Origin: Solirubrobacterales bacterium
Lineage (GTDB): Bacteria > Actinomycetota > Thermoleophilia > Solirubrobacterales > 70-9
Length of the DNA stretch: 64,000 nt
Assembly (NCBI GenBank): GCA_040508545.1
Contig: JBEVMR010000098.1
Span: 2,885-66,884 of the forward strand
Direction: 5' to 3'
The notes under the pieces are model-generated. The model was not told the origin of the DNA, ran no database searches, and was given only the letters and a program-made list of their open reading frames with translations. Of this stretch, positions 52,721-61,517 are shown in pieces. The stretch's first letter is position 1, and each line of letters begins with the position of its first letter. The position numbers were made by a program, and so were the translations under genes.

Positions 52721-54945
52721 CGGCCTGCGGGCGCTAGCGGTTGAGCTCCCTGGCGCTCGGCGAGTGAGTGCCAGGCGCCCTCGGCGTCGCCGAGCGGGAC
52801 GGCGACGCTGCGGTCGCCGGCGGCGATCTCGATCGCGGTGCCGCCGACGCTGCCGAGGTGGAGGACCGCGACGCCAGCGCTGGCGAGGCCTGCCAGCGCC
52901 ACGCGCTCGCCGCTGACCAGGAAGCCGCCGGCGCCCTCACCGAACAGCGCCTCCTCGGGCGAGCAACCGCGCTCGCGCAGGTGCTGGAGGTCGACCTTGC
53001 AGCCCAGGCCGGCGCCGATCGAGGACTCGGCCAGGGCGCAGGCGAGGCCGCCGTCGCTGACGTCGTGGGCGGAGGCCAGGCGGCCGGCGCGCACCGCGTC
53101 GCGCACGGCGGCGCAGGCAGCGGCAACCGCGGCGACGCCGGGCAGGGGCAGTCCGGGGCCCAGCTCGCCGCGCTGCTTGGCCAGCTCAGAGCCGGAGAGC
53201 GACGGTTCGAAGGGGCCGACGAGGGCGATCGCATCGCCCTCGCGAGCGAAGGCGCTTGGCGCTGCCAGGCCGGGATCCGGCAGCTCGCCGACCATGCCGA
53301 CGACTGGGGTTGGGTAGATCGGGCCTTCCGGGCCCTCGTTGTAGAGGGAGACGTTGCCGCCCACCACCGGCACGCCGAGCGCCTCGCAGGCGTCGGCGAG
53401 GGCGCTGACCGAGCGGTCGAGCTGCCAGGCCGGGAGCGGCTTCTCGGGGTTGCCGAAGTTGAGGCAGTTGGTCAGGCCGAGCGGCTCGGCACCGGCGCAG
53501 GCGAGGTTCTGGGCGCACTCGAGCACCGCCTCGACCGTGCCCGCGTAGGGATCGCAGGCGACCCGGCGGCCGTTGCCGTCGATCGAGATCGCGATCGCGG
53601 AGCCCGCCTCGGGGATCGCGAGGACGGCCGCGTCGGCGCTCTCGGGCCGCCGCGCCGTGCGCGAGCCGACGATCGAGTCGTACTGCTCGAAGGCCCAGCG
53701 CTTGGAGGCGATGCTGGGCGCGGCAAGCAGGGCCAGGAGCGTCTCCGCCGCCGTGGCGCCGGTGTCGAGCGTCGCCTCGTTGCCGTAGCTCCAGGCCTCG
53801 GGCTGGGCAGGCTCCAGGTCGTAGAGCGGGCAGCCGTCGACCAGCGCCTCAACCGGCATCTCGCCGACGACCTCACCGTCGCGCAGCACCCGCACCAGGC
53901 CGTTGTCGGTCACGGTGCCGATCTCCGCCGCGCCGGTCTGCCATTTCTCGCAGACCGCGATCACCTCGGCGACCCGCGCCGGCTCGACCACCGCCAGCAT
54001 CCGCTCCTGCGACTCGGAGACCATGATCTCGAAGGGCTCCATGTCGGCCTCGCGCAGCGGCACCCGCGCCACGTCGATCTCGATCCCGACGCCTCCCGCC
54101 GAGGCCATCTCGCTGGCCGAGGAGGTGAGCCCGGCCGCGCCGAGGTCCTGCAGCGAGACGAGCAGGCCCTTCCCCAGCAGCTCCAGGCAGCACTCCAGCA
54201 CCTTCGACTCCTCGAAGGGGTCGCCGATCTGCACCGTCGGCCGCTTCGCCTCGTCGCCGTCGCCGAGCTCGGCCGAGGCGAGCACCGAGGCGCCGCCGAT
54301 CCCGTCGCGCCCGGTCGAGGCGCCCATCAGCACGACCGCGTTGCCGACCCCCGCCGCTGCCGCCCGCACCATGTCCGCCTGCTTGGCGATCCCGACGCAC
54401 ATCGCGTTGACCAGGCAGTTGTGCTCGTAGGGGGCCTCGAAGTAGATCTCGCCGCCGACGTTGGGCACGCCGATCGAGTTGCCGTAGTGGCCGATGCCGC
54501 GCACGGCGCCGTCGAGCAGGTGGCGCGAGCGCACCGAGTCGAGCTCGCCGAAGCGCAGCGAGTCGAGGATCGCGATCGGCCGCGCGCCGAGGGCGAAGAC
54601 GTCGCGGAGGATGCCGCCGACCCCCGTTGCCGCTCCCTGGAAGGGCTCGACCGCGCTCGGGTGGTTGTGGGACTCGACCTTGAAGGCGACGGCGTAGCCG
54701 GCGCCGACGTCGACGGCGCCGGCGTTCTCGCCCGGGCCCATCACGACCCGCTCGCCCTCGGTCGGCAGCCGCCGCAGCAGCTTGCGCGAGTGCTTGTAGG
54801 CGCAGTGCTCGGACCAGAGCAGGCTGAACATCGCCAGCTCGACCCCGTTCGGCTCGCGCCCGAGCTTCTCGCAGATCAGCTCGAACTCGGAATCGGTCAA
54901 ACCCAGCTCGCGGTGCGGCGAGCTGCTCGCGGCCGGCGCGCTCAC
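52711..54945 (-). CDS. purL: Phosphoribosylformylglycinamidine synthase subunit PurL
   Basis: LAMFSLLWSEHCAYKHS, ESHNHPSAVEPFQGAATG, DCLNFGNPEKP. GTG at 54945 overlaps the purQ stop (GTGA). Confidence 0.95.
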   Translation of the reverse strand: MSAPAASSSPHRELGLTDSEFELICEKLGREPNGVELAMFSLLWSEHCAYKHSRKLLRRLPTEGERVVMGPGENAGAVDVGAGYAVAFKVESHNHPSAVEPFQGAATGVGGILRDVFALGARPIAILDSLRFGELDSVRSRHLLDGAVRGIGHYGNSIGVPNVGGEIYFEAPYEHNCLVNAMCVGIAKQADMVRAAAAGVGNAVVLMGASTGRDGIGGASVLASAELGDGDEAKRPTVQIGDPFEESKVLECCLELLGKGLLVSLQDLGAAGLTSSASEMASAGGVGIEIDVARVPLREADMEPFEIMVSESQERMLAVVEPARVAEVIAVCEKWQTGAAEIGTVTDNGLVRVLRDGEVVGEMPVEALVDGCPLYDLEPAQPEAWSYGNEATLDTGATAAETLLALLAAPSIASKRWAFEQYDSIVGSRTARRPESADAAVLAIPEAGSAIAISIDGNGRRVACDPYAGTVEAVLECAQNLACAGAEPLGLTNCLNFGNPEKPLPAWQLDRSVSALADACEALGVPVVGGNVSLYNEGPEGPIYPTPVVGMVGELPDPGLAAPSAFAREGDAIALVGPFEPSLSGSELAKQRGELGPGLPLPGVAAVAAACAAVRDAVRAGRLASAHDVSDGGLACALAESSIGAGLGCKVDLQHLRERGCSPEEALFGEGAGGFLVSGERVALAGLASAGVAVLHLGSVGGTAIEIAAGDRSVAVPLGDAEGAWHSLAERQGAQPLAPAGRQR

Positions 54946-55613
54946 ACCCGCGCTCCCGCGACGGCCTCGAACACCTTCAGCCCGTCGGTCGAGCCCGTCA
55001 TCGGGTCGACCGCGTGCTCGGGGTGGGGCATCAGGCCGAGCACGTTGCCGGCCTCGTTGCGGACGCCGGCGATGTCGCGCGCCGAGCCGTTCGGGTTCTG
55101 CCCCGGCGCGTAGCGGAACGCCACCTGCCCGTTCGCCTCCAACGCATCGAGCATCCCCTCCGGCGCCCAATAGCGACCTTCCCCATGCTTGGCCGGGATC
55201 GACAGCACCCCCCCGGCCAAAGTGAAGGATTGTGTCCCCTCTGGGGGACTCAATCCTTCACTTTGCAGCTCGACTTGGCGGCATATGAAGCGCTTGCTCT
55301 CGTTTAGGAGCAGGGCGCCGGGGAGGAGGCCGGTCTCGCAGAGGACCTGGAAGCCGTTGCAGATCCCCAGCACCGGTCCGCCCGCGGCGGCGAACTCGGC
55401 GACCGCCTCCATCGCCGGGGAGAAGCGCGCGATCGCCCCCGCCCGCAGGTAGTCGCCGTAGGAGAAGCCGCCGGGGACGACGACCGCGTCGATGCCGCCC
55501 AGGTCGCGCTCTTCGTGCCAGACCAGACGCGCCTCGCCGCCGGCCAGCCCACAAGCGTGCAGGGCGTCCCGCTCGTCGCAGGAGCCGGGGAACTGGACTA
55601 CGCCCCAGAGCAT
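54942..55613 (-). CDS. purQ: Phosphoribosylformylglycinamidine synthase glutaminase subunit PurQ
   Basis: VVPGGFSYGDYLRAGAIA, GICNGFQVL (catalytic Cys), MPHPEHA. Confidence 0.95.
   Translation of the reverse strand: MLWGVVQFPGSCDERDALHACGLAGGEARLVWHEERDLGGIDAVVVPGGFSYGDYLRAGAIARFSPAMEAVAEFAAAGGPVLGICNGFQVLCETGLLPGALLLNESKRFICRQVELQSEGLSPPEGTQSFTLAGGVLSIPAKHGEGRYWAPEGMLDALEANGQVAFRYAPGQNPNGSARDIAGVRNEAGNVLGLMPHPEHAVDPMTGSTDGLKVFEAVAGARV
55218..55265. repeat. 48-nt low-GC palindrome embedded in frame in purQ
   Basis: caaagtgaaggattgtgtcccc tct gggggactcaatccttcactttg forms a 21-22 bp stem with one mismatch. GC is 24/48 by direct count, inside a much GC-richer gene. It encodes LQSEGLSPPEGTQSFTLA. 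Confidence 0.8.
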
Positions 55614-55843
55614 CAGCCGCCGTCGATGCTCTCGATCTCGAAGTCCTCGATCAGCGGGTTGGCGAGCAGCTTCTCGCAGAGCGCCGGGAGCTGTGCCGGG
55701 TCGTCCGCCTCCAGCTCGACCATCCGCCCGACCCGCACGTGCTCGACGCCCTCGAAGCCGAGCGCCGGCAGCGCCCGCTCGACCGCCTTGCCCTGCGGGT
55801 CGAGGATGCCCTCCTTCGGGCGGATCAAGACTCGAGCTTTCAC
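55613..55843 (-). CDS. purS: Phosphoribosylformylglycinamidine synthase subunit PurS
   Basis: 76 aa. VKARVLIRPKEGILDPQGKAVERAL. GTG at 55843. 1-nt overlap with purQ. Confidence 0.85.
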   Translation of the reverse strand: MKARVLIRPKEGILDPQGKAVERALPALGFEGVEHVRVGRMVELEADDPAQLPALCEKLLANPLIEDFEIESIDGG

Positions 55844-55894
55844 GGCTGCCAATCTAGCGATCCCGGCCCCTGTGTTCGCGTCTACGATGTCCCG

Positions 55895-56506
55895 GTGAGC
55901 CACCCCGAGGCCCTCGCGGCCCCGACAGAGGCGTATTCCCCTGGCGATTCGATCGAGAACCCGGTCACGGGCGAGCGGGGAACCCTGCTCGAGGGCCCCT
56001 GGGAAGGGGACGACCCCTCCCTCCTCGTCGACCTTCACGTTCAGCCCGGCGGCGCCGTTGTCGGCGAGCACGTCCACCACCATCTCGACGAGCGATTCAA
56101 GGTGAAGGCCGGGCAGATCGGGTTCCGCCTCGACGGCGAGGAATCGGTGGTGGGTCCCGGCCACTCGGTCGAGATCCCGCGCGGCAGCTGGCACGACTGG
56201 TGGAACGCCGGCGAGGTGGAGGCCATCGCCGAGGTTTACGTCTCCGACGGGACCCGCTTCATGCTGATGATCGAGAACCTCTTCGGCCTCGCCCGCGACG
56301 GCTACACCAACGAGAAGGGCCTACCGGGTCCGCTGCAGTTGACCATGTTCGCGACCGAGTTTCGGGACGTGCTCGTGCTCAAACGCCCTCCAGCCATCGT
56401 CCAGAGGCTCCTCTTCGGCGCCTTGCGGCCGATCGCCGTCAGGCGCGGCTACCGCGGCACCTATCCCCAGTACGGCCGCTCGCTGCTCAGAACGAGCGCT
56501 CGGTGA
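55895..56506 (+). CDS. Cupin domain protein
   Basis: GGAVVGEHVHHHLDERF ... GPGHSVEIPRGSWHDWWN (two cupin motifs). GTG at 55895; the start is uncertain. Confidence 0.7.
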   Translation: MSHPEALAAPTEAYSPGDSIENPVTGERGTLLEGPWEGDDPSLLVDLHVQPGGAVVGEHVHHHLDERFKVKAGQIGFRLDGEESVVGPGHSVEIPRGSWHDWWNAGEVEAIAEVYVSDGTRFMLMIENLFGLARDGYTNEKGLPGPLQLTMFATEFRDVLVLKRPPAIVQRLLFGALRPIAVRRGYRGTYPQYGRSLLRTSAR

Positions 56507-57353
56507 TCCGCTCGTAGGCCTCGACGTACTTGGCGCGGGTCTGCTCGATCACGTCAGCCGGCAGCTCCGGCGCCGGCGGCTTGTGATCCCAGCCCTCTGC
56601 GTCGGCCCAGTCGCGCACGAACTGCTTGTCGAAGGACGGCTGCGTCTTGCCCGGCTCGTAGCGGTCGGCCGGCCAGAAGCGCGAGGAGTCCGGGGTCAGC
56701 ACCTCGTCGCCGAGGACGATCTCGGCGCCGGCGTGGCGCCCGAACTCGAACTTGGTGTCAGCGAGGATGATCCCCCGCTCGGCAGCGTGCTCGGCGCCGC
56801 GCTGATAGACCTCGATCGAGACCCGCCGCAGCTCTTCCATCAGCGCCCGGTCGCCGACGATCTCCGCCGCCCGCTCGAAGTCGACGTTCTCGTCGTGGTC
56901 GCCGATATCGGCCTTGGTCGCCGGGGTGAAGATCGGCTCGGGCAGCTTGTCGGACTCGAGCAGGTTGGGCGGCAGCTCGATTCCGCAGACCGCGCCGCCC
57001 GCCTTGTATTCCTTCCAGCCGGAGCCGGAGAGGTAGCCGCGGACGACGCACTCGACCGGGTACATCTCCAGCCGCCGCACCCGCATCCCCCGTTCCATCG
57101 CCTCCTCTGGGACGTCGGCTGAGAGGAAGTGGTTGGGGACGATGTCGCCGGTCAGCTCGAACCAGAATTCCGAGATCCGGTTCAGCACCTTGCCCTTGTC
57201 GGGGATCGGCGTCGGCATCACCACGTCGTAGATCGAGATCCGGTCGGAGGCGACCATCAAGAGGTCGTTCTCCCACTCGTAGATCTCGCGCACCTTGCCC
57301 GAGGAGTGGAGCTTCAGATCGGCGACGGCCGGCATTAAGTCGATGCTAACCAT
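56487..57353 (-). CDS. purC: Phosphoribosylaminoimidazole-succinocarboxamide synthase
   Basis: SGKVREIY..., LLMVASDRISIYD, ILADTKFEFG. Start is ATG 57353 or 57335. The track ORF to 58049 is over-extended. Confidence 0.9.
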   Translation of the reverse strand: MVSIDLMPAVADLKLHSSGKVREIYEWENDLLMVASDRISIYDVVMPTPIPDKGKVLNRISEFWFELTGDIVPNHFLSADVPEEAMERGMRVRRLEMYPVECVVRGYLSGSGWKEYKAGGAVCGIELPPNLLESDKLPEPIFTPATKADIGDHDENVDFERAAEIVGDRALMEELRRVSIEVYQRGAEHAAERGIILADTKFEFGRHAGAEIVLGDEVLTPDSSRFWPADRYEPGKTQPSFDKQFVRDWADAEGWDHKPPAPELPADVIEQTRAKYVEAYERITERSF

Positions 57354-57404
57354 CGCGGGAGCGGAGGGCTTTGACGGCGGTCGTCTGCGACGCTGTGTCT
57401 CTCG

Positions 57405-58727
57405 ATGCTGCCGCCTGAACCGAAGTCGTCGCCGCTCGTCCAGACTTTGCGTTGGAGCTTCCGGCCGCTGCCGTTCATGCAGGAGTGCCGGGAGCGCTAC
57501 GGCGACAGCTTCAGCGTCAAGTTCCTCAGCTTCGAGCGGCCGATGGTGATGATCTCCGACCCGGTCGCGATCAAGGCTCTCTACACGGAGCGGTCGCACG
57601 GGCTGCCGCCGGGGCGCGAGGTCGTTCTCACCCCCGTCGTCGGCCCGCACTCGGTGCTCGTGATCGAGGGCGCCGACCACCTCGCTCACCGCAAAGTGAT
57701 GCTGCCCGCCTTCCACGGCGAGCGGATGCGCTCCTACGAGCCGATCGTCAGCGAGATCGTCGACGCCGAGATCGACTCCTGGCCGCTGGGCGAGGAGTTC
57801 GCGATCCACCCGCACATGCAGGCGATGACGCTGGAGGTGATCCTGCGCGTCGTCTTCGGCGTCGCCGAGGGGCCGCGGCTGGAGCAGTTGCGCGTCGTAC
57901 TGACCAGGGTGCTGGAGGAAACCGCCTCCCCGTTCACCCAGCTGATCGGCCTCGCCGCGCGCCGCTTCGGCGGCCGCGGGCCGTGGGCGAGATTCGAGGC
58001 GCAGCTGAGAGCAGTGGACGATCTGCTCTACGCCGAGATCGCCGAGCACCGCAAGCGCGACGGCCTCGAGGAGCGCGACGACATCCTCTCCCAGCTGATC
58101 CAGGCCCGCTTCGAGGACGGCAGCAAGATGAGCGACGAGGATCTGCGCGACCAGCTGATGACGCTATTGCTCGCCGGCCACGAGACGACCGCGACGGCGC
58201 TCGCCTGGACCTTCGACCTGCTGCTGCGCCATCCGCGCGAGCTGGCGCGGCTGCGCGAGTCGCTCGAGGCGGGGGAGGACGACTATCTGCGGGCGACGAT
58301 CAGCGAGTCGCTGCGACTGCGGCCTGTGGTGCCGCTGGCCGGCCGCCGCCTCGCCACGGAGCTCGTCGCCGACGGCCTCACCCTGCCTGCCGGCACCGAC
58401 GTCACGCCGGCGATCTGGCTCGCCCACACCCGCGCCGACGTCTACCCCGAGCCCTTCGCCTTCCGGCCCGAGCGCTTCCTCGGGGAGTCACCCGACACCT
58501 ACGCCTGGATCCCCTTCGGCGGCGGCATCCGCCGCTGCCTCGGCGCCGCCTTCGCCGAGTTCGAGATGCGGATCGTCCTGCGCGAGGTGCTGACCCGCTG
58601 CGACCTGCGCAAGGCGAGCTCGCGGCCGGAGAAGATCGGCCGCCGCAACATCACCCTCTCGCCGAAGGACGGCACGCCGGTCGTCCTCGACGCGCGCCAG
58701 CCGGCGCGCGAGCCGGTCGCCGCCTAG
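57405..58727 (+). CDS. Cytochrome P450
   Basis: I-helix LLLAGHETTA, ESLRLRP (ExxR), heme loop FGGGIRRCLGAAFA. Confidence 0.9.
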   Translation: MLPPEPKSSPLVQTLRWSFRPLPFMQECRERYGDSFSVKFLSFERPMVMISDPVAIKALYTERSHGLPPGREVVLTPVVGPHSVLVIEGADHLAHRKVMLPAFHGERMRSYEPIVSEIVDAEIDSWPLGEEFAIHPHMQAMTLEVILRVVFGVAEGPRLEQLRVVLTRVLEETASPFTQLIGLAARRFGGRGPWARFEAQLRAVDDLLYAEIAEHRKRDGLEERDDILSQLIQARFEDGSKMSDEDLRDQLMTLLLAGHETTATALAWTFDLLLRHPRELARLRESLEAGEDDYLRATISESLRLRPVVPLAGRRLATELVADGLTLPAGTDVTPAIWLAHTRADVYPEPFAFRPERFLGESPDTYAWIPFGGGIRRCLGAAFAEFEMRIVLREVLTRCDLRKASSRPEKIGRRNITLSPKDGTPVVLDARQPAREPVAA

Positions 58728-58757
58728 AGAGGGACTACTAGCGCCCCGGCCGGGCGG

Positions 58758-60038
58758 TCACGGCGCCTTCACCGAGTCCTTCGGCGATTCGAACGCGGCC
58801 AGGGCGAGCGTCGTGCTGATTGGCTGCTCACCCGAGCTGGAGATGCGGAGCTTGGCCTCCTCCTGGACCTCGAAACCGACCGCGAACAGCGCATCGACCG
58901 CCGCGGCCACCCTTTCCCAGCCCCGCTGGTCGAGCCGCAGCAGGGACCAGCTGAGGTGATTGTCGGTGCGGGCCTCGAAAGTGCCTGCCTCGATTGCCTT
59001 CTTGACCTGATCGGAGAGCTGCCCGAAGGTCCGCCAGCTGTACGTCGCCTTGACCGGGTCCGGCACGTCGGCCCAGGCAACGTTGTCGAAGATCGCCGGC
59101 CCGGTCGCCCGGTAGAAGTACTCGACCGCGCCGCGCCGCCTACCACCCCGCTTCTCGCCGACCTTGCTCAGCCAGCCGATCTCGGCCAGCATCTTGAAGC
59201 GACGGCGTATGCCGTCCACGGAAGCGCCGCCAACTTCCTCGTGGAACTGGCGGGCGCTCATCTCGCGCAGGTTCGTCTCCGCGACGATCTCCAGGCATAG
59301 CTCGTCCGCGAACACTTTGGAGACGCGCAGCGGGAACGGCACCGCGCAGCTTGCGCCCTCGACCAGGGTCGAGCCGCCGTCTCGCTGACCCCCTGGGCCG
59401 TGGCGACGCGGCGATTCGAACAAGGCCATCGCGGTCGTAGCCAGGATTGGCTGCTCGCCCGAGTCGAAGATGCGGAGTTTGGCGTCGGCCTGCTCCTCGA
59501 AGATCGTCTCGAACAGCTGGTCGACGGCGGCGATCAGCTGGTCCCAGCCGAGCTGATCGAGGAGCAGCGGGGTCCAGCTGAGGTGACTGTCGGCGCGGGC
59601 GTCGAAGGTGCCCGCCTGCAGGGCTTCGCGCACTCGCTCGGCGAGCTGGCCGAAGGTTCGCCAGCTGAAGGCGACGCGGATCGAGTACGGCACCATGGAC
59701 CAGGTCTCGTTGTCGAAGACGGCGAGCTCGGTCGCCCGGTAGAAGTGCTCCTTGCCGCCCCGGCGGCGTCCGCCTGACTCGCGGCGGACGAACCTGAGCC
59801 AGCCGTGCTCGGCGAGCCTTTTGAAGTGGCGATCGACCCGGGTCACCGAGCCGCCGCCGAACTCCGCGTGGAACGCGCTCGGACTCATTTCCCGCATGTA
59901 GAGCTCGGTCACGATCTTCAACCGCAGCTCGTCCGCGAACACGACGGCGAGGCGCCGCAGGTAGGACGCTCGGGACTTGTTGCCGATCCAAACTTTTGCC
60001 ACGCGATTCCTCTCGAATGCTTCGTGCTTGCTGAGCAT
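58758..60038 (-). CDS. Internally duplicated winged-helix (ArsR-like) protein
   Basis: 426 aa made of two ~190-aa halves that align along their whole length (FADELRLKIVTE.../FADELCLEIVAE..., FYRAT, SWRTFGQL, AGTFxAR.D.HLSW, AKLRI..SGEQPI). Confidence 0.75.
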   Translation of the reverse strand: MLSKHEAFERNRVAKVWIGNKSRASYLRRLAVVFADELRLKIVTELYMREMSPSAFHAEFGGGSVTRVDRHFKRLAEHGWLRFVRRESGGRRRGGKEHFYRATELAVFDNETWSMVPYSIRVAFSWRTFGQLAERVREALQAGTFDARADSHLSWTPLLLDQLGWDQLIAAVDQLFETIFEEQADAKLRIFDSGEQPILATTAMALFESPRRHGPGGQRDGGSTLVEGASCAVPFPLRVSKVFADELCLEIVAETNLREMSARQFHEEVGGASVDGIRRRFKMLAEIGWLSKVGEKRGGRRRGAVEYFYRATGPAIFDNVAWADVPDPVKATYSWRTFGQLSDQVKKAIEAGTFEARTDNHLSWSLLRLDQRGWERVAAAVDALFAVGFEVQEEAKLRISSSGEQPISTTLALAAFESPKDSVKAP

Positions 60039-60185
60039 CAGAAAGTTTATGCGGTTTCACTACGGAACCGGAGCGGTCTCCTAGGCAAACGCTAGCTACC
60101 GTCACTTCGATTCCCCTAAAGGACGGAAGGGGGTGAGGAGATGAAGCTCGTAGCGACCGAGTTGGCTCTGCCGGTCCTATCTATC

Positions 60186-60236
60186 CGGAAGTCCGGCTGA
60201 TAGGCCTCCATCAACGGGCATGGAGCCGGACTTCCG
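60186..60236 (-). terminator. Stem-loop downstream of the glutaredoxin-like gene
   Basis: Perfect 13-bp arms cggaagtccggct / agccggacttccg around a 25-nt loop, 34 nt past the stop at 60270. No U-tract. Confidence 0.4.
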
Positions 60237-60269
60237 CCTGAACGGGGAGTCCGGCCATATGCCCACCGG

Positions 60270-60572
60270 CTACTGCGTGCCCTCGGTGTTCGCGGCCGGG
60301 TGTTCGCCGGCCCAGCGGGCGATCGTGCCTGAGCCGGAGATGACCTCGCCGTCATCGAGGACGAGGATCGGGACCTCGTTGGTGCCGCTCAGCTTCTTCA
60401 CCTCGGCCCGGGCCTCGCCGCGGCCGCCCCAGGTCCAGGGCACCAGGCGGTAGCCGCCGACCACCCGCAGCTCGTACGTGTACCCGGCGGCATCGAGCGC
60501 CTTCGCCGCTTTTGCGCACGGATGCGCGAAGCCCGGCCCAAATTTCTTCTGTCCACAGGTGTAGAGGATCAT
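60270..60572 (-). CDS. Glutaredoxin-like / GST-N-terminal thioredoxin-fold protein
   Basis: 100 aa. MILYTCG...HPCAKAAKALDAAGYTYE ... VPILVLDDGEVISGS has a thioredoxin-fold layout. Confidence 0.65.
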   Translation of the reverse strand: MILYTCGQKKFGPGFAHPCAKAAKALDAAGYTYELRVVGGYRLVPWTWGGRGEARAEVKKLSGTNEVPILVLDDGEVISGSGTIARWAGEHPAANTEGTQ

Positions 60573-60629
60573 TGCCGGCGAAAGCTACCTGTTAGCCACC
60601 TCTCGATCCAGCGCTACGCTCGTAGCACA

Positions 60630-60889
60630 ATGGTAGAAGTTGCCACCAGGGAGTTGAGGAACGACACCGCCGGGGTCCTACGGCGGGTCGAGGCCGGCGA
60701 GCGCGTCGTGATCACGGTCAGGGTAAGCCGGTCGCCGATTTGGTGCCGCACCGGCCCGAGGGGCCCCGATGGGTGGGTCCCGAGGAGGTGATGGAGATCG
60801 TCGCCAAGTACTCGGCCGATCCAGGCCTGAGGGACGATCTCAAGCGCATAGCGGGCGACACCACCGACGATCTCGGTCCGATTCGGTGA
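60630..60889 (+). pseudogene. Phd/YefM-VapB-type antitoxin gene with a -1 frameshift
   Basis: The N-terminus MVEVATRELRNDTAGVLRRVEAGERVVITVR is in one frame. The natural continuation GKPVADLVPHRPEGPRWVGPEEVMEIV...DDLGPIR* is in the next frame. The switch occurs at the G-run near 60720. Confidence 0.6.
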
Positions 60890-61174
60890 ACGCGAGCCGT
60901 CCAGTCAGAGGAGTGCTTGACACGTCGATCTTCGTTGCCCTCGAGAGCGGGCGCAAGCTGAATCAAGCGGCGCTGCCCAGGCAGAATGCGATCTCGATCG
61001 TGACGCGAGCGGAGCTTCGCGCGCGCCTACTTCGCCGCCTCAGGGCGCCGGGTGAATGCGAACGACATGTGGATTGCCGCGACGGCTGCCGCGCACGAGA
61101 TCCCCGTGGTCACCCAAGACGCGGACTTCGACGCCCTCAACGGGGTAGCGGGTCTGACTGTGATCCCGGTTTGA
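60886..61174 (+). pseudogene. VapC (PIN-domain) toxin remnant with a frameshift and internal deletion
   Basis: GTGA overlap with the antitoxin stop. The N-terminal part RGVLDTSIFVALE...ISIVTRAEL and the C-terminal part [31 protein letters not shown] lie in different frames. Only about 96 codons remain in total. Confidence 0.6.
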
Positions 61175-61493
61175 GTCCCGCCCCCGTCGCGAAAGCCATC
61201 GCGAGCCCCTCCGCGGTTGCCTGACCTGCCTCCGGCGCGCCGATCGCCAGGGTCAGATCGCGGCAGCCTTCCACGAGCGTGAGATCGAGGAAGGCGCAGC
61301 ATTGTTTCTCGGCCTCGACGATCGCCGCCAGGTCTTCGCGGGTCTCGGGGTCAGGGCGGAAGCGCAGCAGGTGCTTGCCGTCGGTTTTCTGGTGATCGAT
61401 GAGGCTCTTGCGCCCGATCTCGCCGATCGCCGCCAGCCGCTGTTCCATGTCGCCGACGTTGAGCGAGCAGACGATGGGAAGGTCTTGGGCCAT
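61137..61493 (-). CDS. Hypothetical protein with a CC motif
   Basis: 118-aa ATG ORF (…[14 protein letters not shown]…). It overlaps the vapC remnant by 38 nt. No family recognised. Confidence 0.45.
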   Translation of the reverse strand: MAQDLPIVCSLNVGDMEQRLAAIGEIGRKSLIDHQKTDGKHLLRFRPDPETREDLAAIVEAEKQCCAFLDLTLVEGCRDLTLAIGAPEAGQATAEGLAMAFATGAGLKPGSQSDPLPR

Positions 61494-61517
61494 CGTTTCC
61501 CAGTGTAGGTAGCGCGA

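Noticed and set aside
52768-55113. 781-aa plus-strand ORF; similar cases at 25945..27369, 61638..63104, 23280..24317, 41565..42221 and 36153..37142
   Set aside because: All are antisense mirrors of well-supported genes (purL, lpdA, purB, E1 beta, purH and the flavin oxidoreductase) and have no recognisable motifs.
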